Source of the DNA: a virus
Length of the DNA: 64,000 bases
IMG/VR virus record: IMGVR_UViG_3300010430_000007
Span: 32,001-96,000 of that record
Reading direction: 5' to 3' (one strand)
Part shown: positions 11,429 through 24,402 of the stretch, one piece after another
Layout of the letters: each line of letters opens with the position of its first letter
Numbering within the stretch: the stretch's first letter is position 1
Translations under genes and position numbers: made by a program
The notes under the pieces: model-generated
Told to the model about the DNA's origin: nothing
What the model saw: only the letters and a program-made list of their open reading frames with translations
Databases searched by the model: none

Positions 11429-14032
11429 TTATTCAACTTCAATCTCTCTGATTCTATAATCATGCAAATCATAAATAAAACTCTGTAAATCATAAAATTC
11501 ATCACATAATTTACATTTGTCTTTTTCACATTCCTCTACATGTTCAGCCAAAACATTAAATCTCTCAGTATCATCCTTTATTTTGTGGTTCAAGTCGCCC
11601 AAAATCTTTTTAGCTTCATCTTCATTAAACCTAGCACAATGAATATACTCATGATAATCTTCCCATTCTCCATGAGAGCCCATAATTAAATATACTTTAG
11701 TCATTTAAGTTACCTATATTTACGATAATATCACTCTCGGTTATTTGATATTTATCAAATACCTCTAATTCCCATAATGAACAATACATAGGAAACTCAT
11801 CAATATCTGCTAAATCTCCAATCATACTTTTTCTATCTGAGCAATTAGATAAAATTCCATTTATCATCACTTCTGCATCATAAGTATCTGCTAATCTAAT
11901 CACTACATTTGCCTTGTAAAACTTCTCATTAAAATTATTCATCTTTACTCTCCTTTCACAATCCCATGTTCTTCCAAAGCTTCAATTGTTTTATCAATCC
12001 AAACACCACGTTCTTTACATTCTCTCAATAGTCCACCAATTAAATATGTCATTGCTTTGCCTTTTTCAAAACTCACTGCGTGCGGATAGATATAAGTTGA
12101 ATAACTATTTAAACAATCCATATGAATAATGTTTCTATTTGGAATAACATTCTTATCCATACATTCAAAATAAACACTCTCTCCAACTATTTCTTTTACT
12201 TCTATTTCACACTCTTCAATTTTAAAGTCTTTCATTTTTGCCACATATAATGTATTCATCTCATCCTCCTATACATAAAATAACATTTTCATGTCCTACC
12301 ACTCAATTAAAATGTGTTCTGGAGTGCCATAATCCATAGGTTCCATTGATGTAGCCGGTTCATATGAAAAATACTTGGCATCGAAGTCATAAATGTTTAT
12401 TAGGTCGTGAATAACTTCGTTGACAACTTCTTCCTTTATATCTTCATCCACATAAGTTGGAACATAGAACATTAAATGATTCAAATTATCCGATTCTCTA
12501 AGCTCTCTTTCAATTCCACCTAACATCATTTGTTTTTGTCTTGTAATTAATCCTAATTTTCTATCGTTACTTATTTTAATCATTTCGTCTCTGTTAATCA
12601 TTTTAAACTACTCCTTTCATTCACTATTTTAGAACCTGAATCCCACTAATTTCACTATAACTAAATCCTTTGACTTCTGTACAATGTTCAACCCATTCTT
12701 TACCAATATAATCAAGATAAACAGAGCAATTAATCATAAGTCTATCTCTACCAATTCTAAATACTTTGCCAATATATACACTATTTTCTGTATGGAGACA
12801 TAGCATATCATCCATATAGATATTAGTGTCTGATACCCCATATTTATCAACTAGATGCACGAATTGACCATCTACACTATTTATGTTTAGTATATTTACC
12901 TCCTACCATCACTTGAAACACACGTTTCATCTACCTAACGCTTCCAATTTCTCTTAAATAATAAGTAATTGATACAATCACTGCACTAAATGACATTACT
13001 TGCGGAACTTCATGTGCCCAAATTGAATATAGTAGAGTTAGAATCCATACACACAAGCAAATCCAATCTAAAGCCTTCATAGTTTTTTCATTCATATTAT
13101 TTCCTCCTCAAATTAACCATACACTAATTTATTCTATTTGTCAACCATTATTTCCTGATGAAATGTAGTTTTCATGTGGTTTGATTCATTTTTATTTTGG
13201 CTTCTTTTACAATATTATTCAAATAATCTACACTTGCAATCATCCCGCTTTTCAAGGCTTCATAAATACTATCGCAACTTTCACTGTGTATATATCTACC
13301 ATCTTTTTCAACATACACTGTATAGGTATATTTTGGAATTGCGCCAGACTCAACCTTTTCTGAATTGCCATTTTCAATTTGATTAATTGTCTCATATGTT
13401 ATAATTATACCGAATTCATTAGCAAATTTTTCAATGTCTCTTAATATAATATAAGTGTTTCTAACGTCTTCCATTATGCCTCCTTTTCATCATCAAACTC
13501 ATGTTTACAACCGTCACAGAAAAATCCAGCAACACAGTCAATGTCTTTATTGTATGGACATTTTTCAAGAGGAATTTCTTCTCCCTTATTATTTAAAATT
13601 GTGTGTACTGGATCAATACAGTCAATTATTTTTATACCCATATCTTTAGTGATTTTTAATATATCATCCAATATCATTTTCTTTCTCCCATCTTCTGATA
13701 GCTCGTCTTTCAATTCGTTGTAGTCTAGTGTTTTCTTTCTTGAGTTTCTTATTTTCTTCTTGTAAATGATATTTTTGAACCAACAATGACGAGTGTTTCC
13801 TGCACCAAATTAAAGTTTGTTCTAGCGATTCTGAAAACTCCTCCTCGTATTTTGCTTTTTCATCTTCTGCAATGTTCAAAATGTCTTCTGTAAATATCTT
13901 TAATTGACTCCAAAATAATTCAACTTCTTCATTAAATTCTTCGTTTGCTGTTTCTGATGCATAGTCAAAAATAAAACTATTTCTATCAATCAATTTTTTA
14001 AAACTCTCTGTGGCTTTAATTAGTTTTTTCAC
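11429..14032 (-). other. Run of small hypothetical ORFs (11429-11704, 11697-11942, 11945-12259, 12296-12601, 12624-12860, 13172-13474, 13474-13713, 13664-14032)
   Basis: Co-oriented ORFs with RBS, several with overlapping stop/start. Confidence 0.75.
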
Positions 14033-14278
14033 AGCTTCTCCTCCTTAATACTTAACAAATTCAATCTACGTGTCCGCTTCACGGCACTACTATATACCAT
14101 TTGAAATGAAGATTTTATTTGGTCTAGTCATTGCTGGTAATTCCCATATACCAATTTAAAAATGCTAATAATAACTGTATTGCGACCCAAATTGCATCTC
14201 CTTTGATTAATGCCGAAAATCCTCCAGCCAAACAAAAACCACTCACAAACATATTAAATCTTCCATAATTAAACATAA

Positions 14279-14566
14279 TCATACCTCCCTCTCATCTTCA
14301 TATATACTCACATTTACAATACTTAATCGTCTCATATCATAATTATTCAGCCTGTATCTGCCTCCATGATACTGTTGTACGATTAATCCTTCACTCTCTA
14401 ACTTCTTCATCTTTCTACTTATAGAGTGTATTGCATTTTCAAACTCTTCAGCTATTTCTGTTAATGTCGGAAAGAACAAGCTCTCTTCAAAGTAGTCACA
14501 GATGAATTTAAATACAGCTTCCATAGTTGCTTCTTTATAATTAATGTCATATTTATCTACTGTCAT
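14279..14566 (-). CDS. LexA-like N-terminal winged-HTH DNA-binding protein (paralog 1)
   Basis: VFKFICDYFEESLFFPTLTEIAEEF...KKLESEGLI matches the LexA DBD pattern (FI...PT..EIA...L...G.I); no peptidase domain. Confidence 0.7.
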   Translation of the reverse strand: MTVDKYDINYKEATMEAVFKFICDYFEESLFFPTLTEIAEEFENAIHSISRKMKKLESEGLIVQQYHGGRYRLNNYDMRRLSIVNVSIYEDEREV

Positions 14567-14567
14567 A

Positions 14568-14849
14568 TTAATTCTCTCTTCCGTTTTTACCAACATTATT
14601 CTCAGCCAACTCAATCATCTTGCTGTTACTCAATCTCCATGAGCCTCCATGAAATTGTTGAATAATCAAACCTCTGTCTTCCAGATTATTCATTCTACGT
14701 TTAATTTCTCTCATTGACATTCCACCAAACTCATATGCAATTTCTCTGTAGTTTGGAAAGAATAAGAACTCCTCATAATATTCACATATGAATTCATAAA
14801 TTGTAGTCGCTCCATCTGTGATTTGTTGCTCAGTTTGTTTTAATCTCAT
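14568..14849 (-). CDS. LexA-like winged-HTH protein (paralog 2)
   Basis: IYEFICEYYEEFLFFPNYREIAYEF...NNLEDRGLIIQQFHGG; clearly paralogous to 14279-14566; RBS GAGGTG before ATG 14849. Confidence 0.7.
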   Translation of the reverse strand: MRLKQTEQQITDGATTIYEFICEYYEEFLFFPNYREIAYEFGGMSMREIKRRMNNLEDRGLIIQQFHGGSWRLSNSKMIELAENNVGKNGREN

Positions 14850-14922
14850 TTGATTCACCTCTACAAATAGTATATCATAATATATGTTAGAATTCAATCA
14901 TTATTTTATGAATTCCAAAATT

Positions 14923-15531
14923 TTATTTAATAGTGTTGCGAAATAAATTACCTCTTGGCTTAGTACATATAATTGTGTTTGAACTTCCATTGACTTCAAC
15001 GCTTTTCCATTGAAGTTTAAGAGTTCTTTTTAATCTTTCAAGCTCTTTCCTTGTTGTGTACCTAACTTCGTGTCTATTAATAGGTTTTTTATTTTCATCT
15101 TTGTTATCAATGAACTCAACAGGATTTTCTTCAATTTTTTCGTTAATTGCTTCTCTTACTTCTTTTCTAACTCTTGGCTCATATTTATAATTATCCATCT
15201 TAGACTCTTCTATTGTACTTTTACCTTGAGCTTTTCTTATCTCATTTGAAATACTGGGAACTTTACTCAATGTTTCATATAGCGGTTTCAGTGTTCTTAG
15301 TTCATTTTTTAGCATTCTTCTTTCTTTTCTTAACTCTCTGATTTCTTTATAAACATTGAATCCAGTTACGACATCATAAGAACTTTCTTCTATTTCATGA
15401 AGTACATCTTGCAATAATCCATTAACCTCTGACAATCTTTCTTCGTCCTTTTCATATAATTCAACAGTCATTTCCATTTGAGTTGCTATATCATTTGCTA
15501 CCGAACTTCCTTTTATAATTTCTCTACACAT
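14923..15531 (-). CDS. Coiled-coil hypothetical protein, 202 aa
   Basis: ORF with RBS and upstream promoter; heptad-rich. Confidence 0.75.
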   Translation of the reverse strand: MCREIIKGSSVANDIATQMEMTVELYEKDEERLSEVNGLLQDVLHEIEESSYDVVTGFNVYKEIRELRKERRMLKNELRTLKPLYETLSKVPSISNEIRKAQGKSTIEESKMDNYKYEPRVRKEVREAINEKIEENPVEFIDNKDENKKPINRHEVRYTTRKELERLKRTLKLQWKSVEVNGSSNTIICTKPRGNLFRNTIK

Positions 15532-15654
15532 TTTATTACTCCTCCTCTTTCGTTATCTTCTATAATCATTATAGCATACTGAAATAGAATTGCAAGCGAT
15601 TTTGAAAAGTTTTTTAAATTATTTTTATAGTAAAAAAAGAACCCGAAATGGGCT

Positions 15655-16038
15655 CTAATTGTTATTCCTATTGTCGAGCGATGCTTTTAATTGACAAGAT
15701 GTAAAAACTTTATATACTTCCAATTCACTCAAAGCATGAAGCAGTTCGCTCTCTTCAAAATCATACCTCTCATTCCATCCATCCACAATCAGTATTTCTG
15801 GTTTTCCTGCATCTTTAATTATTGACTGTATACCTTTAACATCAATATCGTCAAATTCTCTGAACTCTATTTGTGATTCTTCTAAATTTACATTCATAAA
15901 ATCAGCTTTTCTAATCAATTCTTCTATTGAAATCTCATTACTTAAAAACAAAGCTCTCCCAGTAAAATTGTCTAACTCTTTAATTAGCTCATTTGTTTTT
16001 CCGCTTCCTGCGGTTCCATAAATCTTTTTGTATAACAT
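15655..16038 (-). CDS. Small P-loop NTPase-like protein
   Basis: Walker A GTAGSGKT at N-terminus, ILIVDG Walker B-like; RBS precedes ATG 16038. Confidence 0.65.
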   Translation of the reverse strand: MLYKKIYGTAGSGKTNELIKELDNFTGRALFLSNEISIEELIRKADFMNVNLEESQIEFREFDDIDVKGIQSIIKDAGKPEILIVDGWNERYDFEESELLHALSELEVYKVFTSCQLKASLDNRNNN

Positions 16039-16094
16039 ATTTTTCCTCCTAAATTTTGTTTTAGCCCCACATAAAACTAATGTTTCATTTGGTT

Positions 16095-19000
16095 TTACCA
16101 CTCAAAAGACTTCTCAAAATCGCTAACGGTAATTAAATCTTCTCCTATAGAAATTCTAAACTGCTTAAGGTATTCATAAATTTCATCATGACTAAATTGT
16201 TTGTCGATATGCTCTATTTTGTATGATGTATAATAGCTACTCCCAAATCCACCACCTGCAATTTCAGATGATAAGTGCTCAAGTAGCTCGTTGGATACTA
16301 ATGGATAATCCTCTTCGCTATCATCTTCCTCTAATACATATAGGTCGATAGAGCTCATTCCAAGTATATCTAGAATAGTTCCACTACTTGTACTTGTGTC
16401 TCCTGCACACTCGTAACACCCTCTTCCATTGTTTTTGGTAATTCTGAATTTTGCTGATTCTATACCAACATCTGACAAAATCAATATCAATTCAGAAAGT
16501 TTTAAATCTCCATGTTTTTGTTTAAGTTCTTTAATTTCATTTAAAATACTCATAATTAATCCTCCTAATATTTTATAATTTATTCTAACATAATTACTTT
16601 TATTTGTCAAGTGTTGTTTTAGTTGATTTTCTAATCATTAATCCTCCTCACTAAAATGCCATCTGTATCACAATAATAATGACATGTTGGACACGCAACT
16701 CTCGATTGAGTGTATAATCCTTTGTCTATGATTTCTATGTCTGACGCATTAAAAGAGAACTGCGTACTACACTTTATGCATGTCGTTTTTCTATCGTCTA
16801 GATTTAATATCTTCATAAGCCCTCCTTTTATTTTACACATGAATTATCAATTTCATGTTGTTTATTCTACTGTGGATACATCCCAGTCGTATTCTTCTCC
16901 AATTACATAAGAATCTTCTTCATAGTCTTCAATATTATCTCCGTCTATAAATTTCTCTAAAGCTTCGGCTTTATTTTCTGCTTCAATTATAGAGACTCTT
17001 GTCTGCCTACAATCATATTTTATAATATATTTCATACTATCTCCTTTCTACGTCTATGAAATAACTGTTTCATTTGGTTTATTTACCTGCCTCTATGTAA
17101 TACCCGTTGGTGTTATTTTTAGAGACTCCAAGAACTTTCTCTACAATTCTTCTTTCATCAATCCACTTTACAGTAAGTCTAGTTGTATTAGAAGCGTCAA
17201 CTCTTACTCCACATCCAGAACATGCATGACTGCATTGATATGTTGGATATGGCTCACCACATTTATTACACACATTGACCTCGTGAAAATTTCCATCTGT
17301 AAATCTGTATTTTGCTCTTACTCCTTTTGGTTTGATTGTATTCATCTTGTCCTCCTTCATCTTATATATAATTATACCATGACCAAAACTTATTTGTCAA
17401 GGATTATTTCTAGCCTTTTAGTTATAAAATTATTATAAGTCTGTGGTCTATCAATTAATTTATTTATACCATCTAACTGACCCTCTATGTTTTTACATAA
17501 ATCAATCAGAGCAGAAAACCTATTTCTCTCATTTTTGTCAAAAGCTTCGTACATTTCTTTGTCGTAATTTTCTCCGTTAAACAGTTTCTTTCTTTCATTG
17601 ATTGCATTTTCTTTATCTTTTTCAAGTCTCTCTATAAGCCTCAATATTTCTTTAGTATCTTGTAGCATAATTACCTCCATTTTTCTATTTTTAACTTTAT
17701 AGTATTTCCAACACTTGTAGCCATTCAAACTCACGATGAAATAGCCGTTTCAAGTGGTTATTAGTAATAATCAACAACTTCAACCTTCACGAAAGATGTT
17801 TTAGAAATATTGATTACGCCTACATTTTCTATGTTTATTTGTCCATTTAATCCTTTTTGATAGCAATCTTTAACTAGTTGTTCAAAATCCTGTCTTTGTT
17901 GATTTGTATCTTCGAGTTCGTTTTCGAAAAAATCAGTGTCATACGTTTCTTTTACACCACTATCATACAAAACAATAAATCTTAATGCATATTTGTTCAT
18001 ATTATTTACCACCTTTCTTAAATCTTCTCATCATAATTCCAATTTTAATCTTATTACTCATCACAATCCTCCTAAATATCCAACATATAACCAGTTGGAG
18101 TGTAGCCAAATCTTTCACAAATTCTATCAATAATACTTTTAACTGTATAAACATTGACATCTAAATCGCCCAAGCTGACAGTAACTACTTCTTCACGAAT
18201 CATTACATTTTGTACATCAATGTCATAGAAATACAATTCGTTATATATTACCTTTTCAAGATTGTTCATCATAATCCTCCTATTTCAATAACTCAGCCAA
18301 TTCGTCTTCCAGTCTAGTCTTCTGTAAGTTCCAGTATTCTTTTAAAACTTCTAAGTCCCTAGGCAATAACTCTGTTTTAGACATATGCTCCGAGAATTCT
18401 TCGCCATAAGCAAGATAGAACTCATCCATATAACTTCTTGTAGCAAAATCAATTTTCTTTTCTATATCCTCTATTTGACTACAAATACTTGCAATTTCTT
18501 TAGCTTTTTTAATTTGTTCATCTTTACTCATCATAATCCTCCTCAAATAATCCTCTTAACGACTCCAGCTCTTCCTTCCCTAAGTTTTTAACAGCATCTA
18601 AATCCATTTCGTCCAACTCTCCAATTGCTTCGTCATAACTGTATTGTTTCAACGCGTCCTCAATAATCATAGCACAATCTACACACTCGTTGTCGCTGTT
18701 TAATGCTGTATAGTTTCCACATGTTACGCAAGTTCCTTCATGATTCATATTAATTTTCCTCCTTTGACAAGTCTTCCAATATCTTAGCAATCTCATTGTA
18801 TGCAGATAGTTTGTGATTCAAATCATCCATCATATCAGAATAATAGTCTCTGTTCTCCAAAAGCTCTCTGTATTGCGAATAAGAAATTTCTTCTCCTTTT
18901 GAATGCTCTTCTCTAATTTCTATTAGTCTATCATCTGCCTCATTCCATAGTGTGTTGTAATGAGTTCTGTAACTAGCTATATCGTCTCTCTGCTTTTTAA

Positions 19001-19937
19001 TGATTACAACTGCACTTTCTAAATTCATTTCATTTCCTCCTCAATCTCTCTTATTAATTATATTATACTGCTTGTTTAATCGTGTGTCAATGGTTATTTT
19101 AATCTTTTATCATTTTAATTCCAGTTTCTTTTTCTAGCATTCTCACCACATCATGTTTTTTGATGACTTTTCTTACGTTCATATGTTTCAACAACACATT
19201 TTTCATATCTTCTTTTGTATTCATAGTTCCAACAATTCTACAACATGATTCACAATATAGAGACCATTTGTCTGAGCAACCAGTATGCTTTACAACTCTG
19301 TAAACTATATGAAGACCTCTTTCATCTATTGGTGAACATATAATCATATCACCGTGATAAAACTTGAGTCTTCGTTTTTGATTCTTGAAATCTAAATAAT
19401 ATTCTTTCACATTCTTACCTCCGTTTTATTTTATAATTAATTTTACCACGTATAGTATACCATGTCAACACTTTTATGTAATTTATTTTGATTATTTTTA
19501 ACTTCAGATGAAAGCAAGATTTCATGTGGTTTTTGTAATAAAAAAGAGCCCTAATATAAGGACTCTAGTTTCAAATTTTTTAACTGTTTTATTCTGCCTG
19601 TTGATTCAATATCATAGCACTCTTCGCACAACTCTAATTTTGCTCTTGCAACATAACTAACTTTATCTTTCAAATCTTTTTGCCTCAATCGTCTTCCGCA
19701 TCTATCACAACTTGATATTGAGTTAGATTCTACTCATTTGGTATCGACTTCTTTTTCTTGCCAATCATATTGCCCCAACGTCTTAAAAACTTTTATATGC
19801 CCTATCTCATCACACCCAGAAAACTGTGACCTAAACCTAGAGTGTTCAAACCATATAGTGTAATCACTGTCTTTTGAGCACAATTTTCGTGGTTGATTGT
19901 CTATCATCCAATTAATACATTCTTTAACACCTGTCAT
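16095..19937 (-). other. Run of small hypothetical ORFs incl. Zn-finger types (16095-16553, 16631-16816, 17079-17345, 17390-17668, 17761-18012, 18072-18272, 18280-18546, 18524-18748, 18750-19028, 19099-19410, 19734-19937)
   Basis: Co-oriented ORFs with RBS; CxxC pairs in several; starts approximate. Confidence 0.7.
17371..17400 (-). promoter_or_regulatory. sigmaA-type promoter
   Basis: TTGACA-N18-TATAAT with TG extension. Confidence 0.65.
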
Positions 19938-19983
19938 ATTTTATCTCCTTTAATTAAAACCCAATGAAATTGGCATTTTATCA

Positions 19984-20718
19984 TTACTTGTTTAACTCCA
20001 TAATTACCTTTGCACCGTGCTTTTCTATAAAAGTGAATGTATATCCATTTATCGGACTTTTTCTTTTTCCGCTTAAATACATGCTTATATCAGGTGCTCT
20101 TATATTTAAGGCTTTTCCAGCTTTACATTGCGAATCAAATATCTCACCGGTTTCATTGCATAGAATTCTTTGTTTTCTCGTACTTATAAATTTGAAGTTC
20201 GGGTCATCGAATTTTGTTCTAATCCAATCCTCTTTTACCTCATCATAATATCTAACCTTTACACCATTCGAGTCGCATGCTTTACCTCTACAAGAGTACG
20301 CTATACTTCTATGGTCTATTCCCATCTTTACAGCCAATGCCTTTCCCGTTGGGTATATCTTAATTACTTTGTCATCTTCTACAATACAACATTGTTTACT
20401 CTTAGGGTATAATCCATTATTTCTTACGTGCGTCATGTTTTCTAGAGGGGTACACCATTCAAGATTGTCCACCCTATTATTTGACTTGTTTGCATCCTTA
20501 TGATTCACCTGTGGTTTATTTTCTGGATTCGGTATGAACACAGTGGCTATTATTCTATGCCTTCCATGTATGACACCATATCCCATACCTAAGTCTATCG
20601 ATGTTTTTACATATCCATCTTTATCTGGTTTATTTGACAAAGGTTTTCCTTTCTTGCCAATTACAGTGCCATAATTAGATATTTTATACCCATTGATTTC
20701 CTTCCATATTTCTTTGAT
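19984..20718 (-). CDS. NUMOD4-HNH homing endonuclease with C-terminal NUMOD1-like repeats
   Basis: [37 protein letters not shown]; upstream in-frame [15 protein letters not shown] (NUMOD4-like) back to ATC at 20718 after GGAGG. Confidence 0.9.
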   Translation of the reverse strand: MKEIWKEINGYKISNYGTVIGKKGKPLSNKPDKDGYVKTSIDLGMGYGVIHGRHRIIATVFIPNPENKPQVNHKDANKSNNRVDNLEWCTPLENMTHVRNNGLYPKSKQCCIVEDDKVIKIYPTGKALAVKMGIDHRSIAYSCRGKACDSNGVKVRYYDEVKEDWIRTKFDDPNFKFISTRKQRILCNETGEIFDSQCKAGKALNIRAPDISMYLSGKRKSPINGYTFTFIEKHGAKVIMELNK

Positions 20719-20974
20719 TTATTTATCCTCCTACGATGTTTATTATCTCTGTGGTTTCATTATGTTTAACTAGAATGGTAAATTAAAACCAATTACATCT
20801 CTAGTCAAAACGATATCGCCATCTATTTCTAATTCCATTTTAATACTCTTGTCACTATATTCGTCTGGTTTGACTACGAAATTAATGTCAATATCACAGT
20901 CGTCAAGACATTGCTTAAATAGCTTTAGAAATTCATTTTTGTTCACATTAATCCTCCCTTAAATTGTGTTTAAT

Positions 20975-21367
20975 TTACTTTTGTCTATTCAAATATTCAC
21001 TAACTGAATACAAACTAATAAACGTTTTTCCACCATTAGTCTTAACCATCTTAGAAACTGCTCCAAGTGAACGTCTTTGTCCTTCAGTGAAGAATTCTCC
21101 TCTATCTTCATCTAAAACACAAAATAGCGTCTTTTGTGGTTGTTTATTGCTATCATCTACAACCTCGGCAATTGAATATACACCTGTCATCTTTGGTGTA
21201 ATTACATACAGTACAAAATCACACTCATTGCGTTGTTTAATTTCTTCTTCCATACACTCTGGAGTCCAATCATCTACAACCGGGTTGAAGTAATCAATTT
21301 CCAACATTTCAATTAAATCACTTCTCCATTCGCTTTCATTGCAAGTTCCGCCTAAAAATACTTTCAT
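20975..21367 (-). CDS. Nucleoside 2-deoxyribosyltransferase-like protein
   Basis: MKVFLGGTCNESEWR, DYFNPVVDDW, EEEIKQR, GVYSIAEV. Confidence 0.8.
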   Translation of the reverse strand: MKVFLGGTCNESEWRSDLIEMLEIDYFNPVVDDWTPECMEEEIKQRNECDFVLYVITPKMTGVYSIAEVVDDSNKQPQKTLFCVLDEDRGEFFTEGQRRSLGAVSKMVKTNGGKTFISLYSVSEYLNRQK

Positions 21368-21377
21368 AATACTCCTC

Positions 21378-24287
21378 CTAAATAGTCTCTCCATCCCAAT
21401 TTTTAATAATCACATTGAATCCACATTTTTGCAACTGATGAGTTGATTCTCTATACGTTTTTACATTTGCCCCGTAGAAGGTATGGGTACTGAGGTACGT
21501 CCCCCAGCTATCATCATCTTCTTTTGATTTAATCCATCCATTACAAACTCTTCCGCCGATTTTGTCTTCTTCGTCAAATCTTAGGTAATGTGTATCAGAC
21601 TCAATTCCACAATTAACCAATTCATCCCAATTATTAATTAATGTCGCATCTGGATATAATTCAAATAATGGAGTATCTCTCAGTCTAATCTCTTCTTCTG
21701 TCAGTTCTATTGGCTTCTCTTGTGGAGCTCCAAACTCAATGTAGTCACTAAATTGCTCATATTTTTTACTTGAGCTTCTGTTGTTACTTTTATTCATTCT
21801 ACTGAAGCTCTGATTGTTCCTTCTGTGTTTAGCCATTTTTATTCTCCTTTAAATGTCTTTCAACGGAATATAGTCTATTATCTATATTTTTTAAATGTCT
21901 AACTACTTCTTCGTTAATCTCTATCAGTTTACCTATACCCAAAAAATATCTTACAAGTTGTGACAGAATCGCAATTGCAATAAATAATCCAAGGATTATG
22001 ACAATAGCAACCAAAGTTTCTTTCATTTTAATCCTCCTAAGTCCAAATCCAACCTTTTTCACTATTAATAACCAACTCATACAATTCATCATCTGTAATC
22101 TCAACCAACTCAACAGAACCAGTTCTCCAAAAATATTCTTGATTACCTTTAGTATACATGTGTTTTATACCTACTTCTAATAGTTCTTTTGATATCGCAT
22201 ATAAATGTCCATCTGGTCTAGAACCAAACTCATATTCAGTTACAGGCGTTCTATATAATGCTCTAATCATAATAATCCTCCTAGTAAACAATATTGATAT
22301 AGTATAATTCCAAGTAATCCAGCTAAAAATAGCGTTGCTCCAACCTTTTTCTTTGTTGGTTTTATTGAAAATTCTTCACTACAGCTAAAGCAATACATTA
22401 GAGCTATAGATGCAATATAATATATAAAAATCATTTTAATCCTCCTTTAAAATTCCACTTGAAATCTATGTTTTATCGTGTTTTAATAATCTTCTTGATT
22501 AATCACAATTACATTCGTTGCATTTGGATTTAAGATTAGCTTTGCATCTCCCATAATTCTTAAGCTACCATCTTTGTCTTGAGTGATTGAAATCTCATTT
22601 CCATTAACGTCAAATCTAACAACATTAGTTTCAACCTCTTTAATTTCGTCCTTGTAATTATCTAATTTTACAGTTGTTTTCATAACATCTCCTCCTTATA
22701 AATCAATCATATCACAATATTGATGTGGTTGCAAGTGTTTATTTAACAATATTAATTATTTTATATCCTCTATGTTTCATTTCGCTTCTGATTATTTTAT
22801 CAGAAATTAAATAGTTATACTCGTTCATAATTTGAAATTTTAATTGTTGTAGGTTTTCAATCTGGGAATCAATATTCTTAATTATTCTAATATTGTTGGT
22901 TGTTTTATACTCGTTTAACTTAAACTTTTCACTCATTAAAATAGCAATTTCCTTTTGAGTTTTTAAATAAGTTATATCCTCTTCGATTGACGATATTTTA
23001 TCCTTTGCACTCTTTATAAAGTTTATACTTTTATTTAAGTTGTCTTTGTATATTCTAGTCTTTATCTTTCTTCTAATAGTCGTGTTTGATGAAAATCCAT
23101 CACTATAAATCTTATATAGGTTTGACAACGCTTTTTTATCCATATTACCCATATTCCCTCCTATTTCAATCTCATTTCCACACCATTTCTAGCCCACTTA
23201 TACTCATAATCTGTATCGCAATGTCTACATTTCCATTCTCTGAAGTCTTTATTAACCTCGTCAAAGAAATATCTATCGTTATATCCACTAAGCCTCATCA
23301 TGTTATAATCTCCATTAGAATGACAAATAGGACACCACGCTTTAGCATGCAAGTCGTTTCTATGTTGGCTATACTTAAACTCAAATATTACTTCAAAATC
23401 ACCTTTTTGAAATACTCTATCCTTTATGAATATGTCATTTCTCCAATATTCTAATACAAAGTTACCTGCTTTATTTCTCTTAGTAATTTCAACAATTTTT
23501 CCATCTGCTTTATTTGGGACTCTGTTTTTATTGTTTTCATTTTGAATCAATTTTATTTTCATAATCTCCTCCTATTAAATTAATATTCTTTTAAATTTAA
23601 AACATAATAAGCACACACTTTCTTTCCGACAAATCTTTCAATTGGATTTATTAAATCTGATTTTATAGAACATCCTCCTAAGTCAACTTTGTGTTTTATA
23701 TCATCATGTGTTTTTCCCTCATAAATATGAAACATCCATGTCTCATAGAAACAAACCACATAATCTACTCCTTTTACATGAAGTCTAAAGTATTCATCAC
23801 CATGTGGCAATGACATTGGCTCTAGTTTTTCAATATGTTTTAAGATAAACACACTCCACTTAAAGTCTTCTATAAACTTAGGTACAAAAAGCTCCCATAA
23901 AATACTAATTAATAATATCAAAGATGAAATAAATAATACGATTTCAAACATAATTTCCTCCTATTTTCTAAAATCAACTTTGTAGTGTTTTCAACGGTTA
24001 CAGCGTTTCAAAAACCACATGAAACGACGATTTTATCAGTTCTGCTAATTCATTCCTCTGAAATCAAAGTCAATTTTATTTTTGAATATATATTCCAACT
24101 CAGAAATCACATATACATCATCAATTTTTTGTGAAATCCATTCATTATCCAAGTCTAAAGTTTCTCTATAGAATAAATCCTTTACTTTGTCATAGTAAAT
24201 ATCTCTTCTGACTCTTCCATCAATATAACATAAAATATCTCCATCTGCAACTTGTCTAAAAACATTAATCAATTTGTTCATTTCCAA
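21378..24287 (-). other. Run of hypothetical ORFs (21378-21836, 21829-22026, 22037-22270, 22483-22683, 22739-23152, 23161-23562, 23580-23951, 24045-24287)
   Basis: Co-oriented ORFs with RBS; no function recognised. Confidence 0.72.
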
Positions 24288-24376
24288 CTCCTCCTCTTAT
24301 CTTCTTAACTACATTATATCATTCTATACTCTATTGTCAATACCTTTTTGAAAATAATTTAATTTATTTATAGAAG

Positions 24377-24400
24377 AAAAGAGCCGTTTAAGGCTCTATC
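24377..24400 (-). terminator. Probable intrinsic terminator closing the TelA/radical SAM operon
   Basis: AGAGCC-GTTTAA-GGCTCT hairpin, A-run on the plus side (U-tail on the minus strand). Confidence 0.65.
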
Positions 24401-24402
24401 TT

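Noticed and set aside
16871-16880. Isolated TGTGGATAC DnaA-like 9-mer
   Set aside because: Single mismatched copy inside a small ORF; expected by chance.
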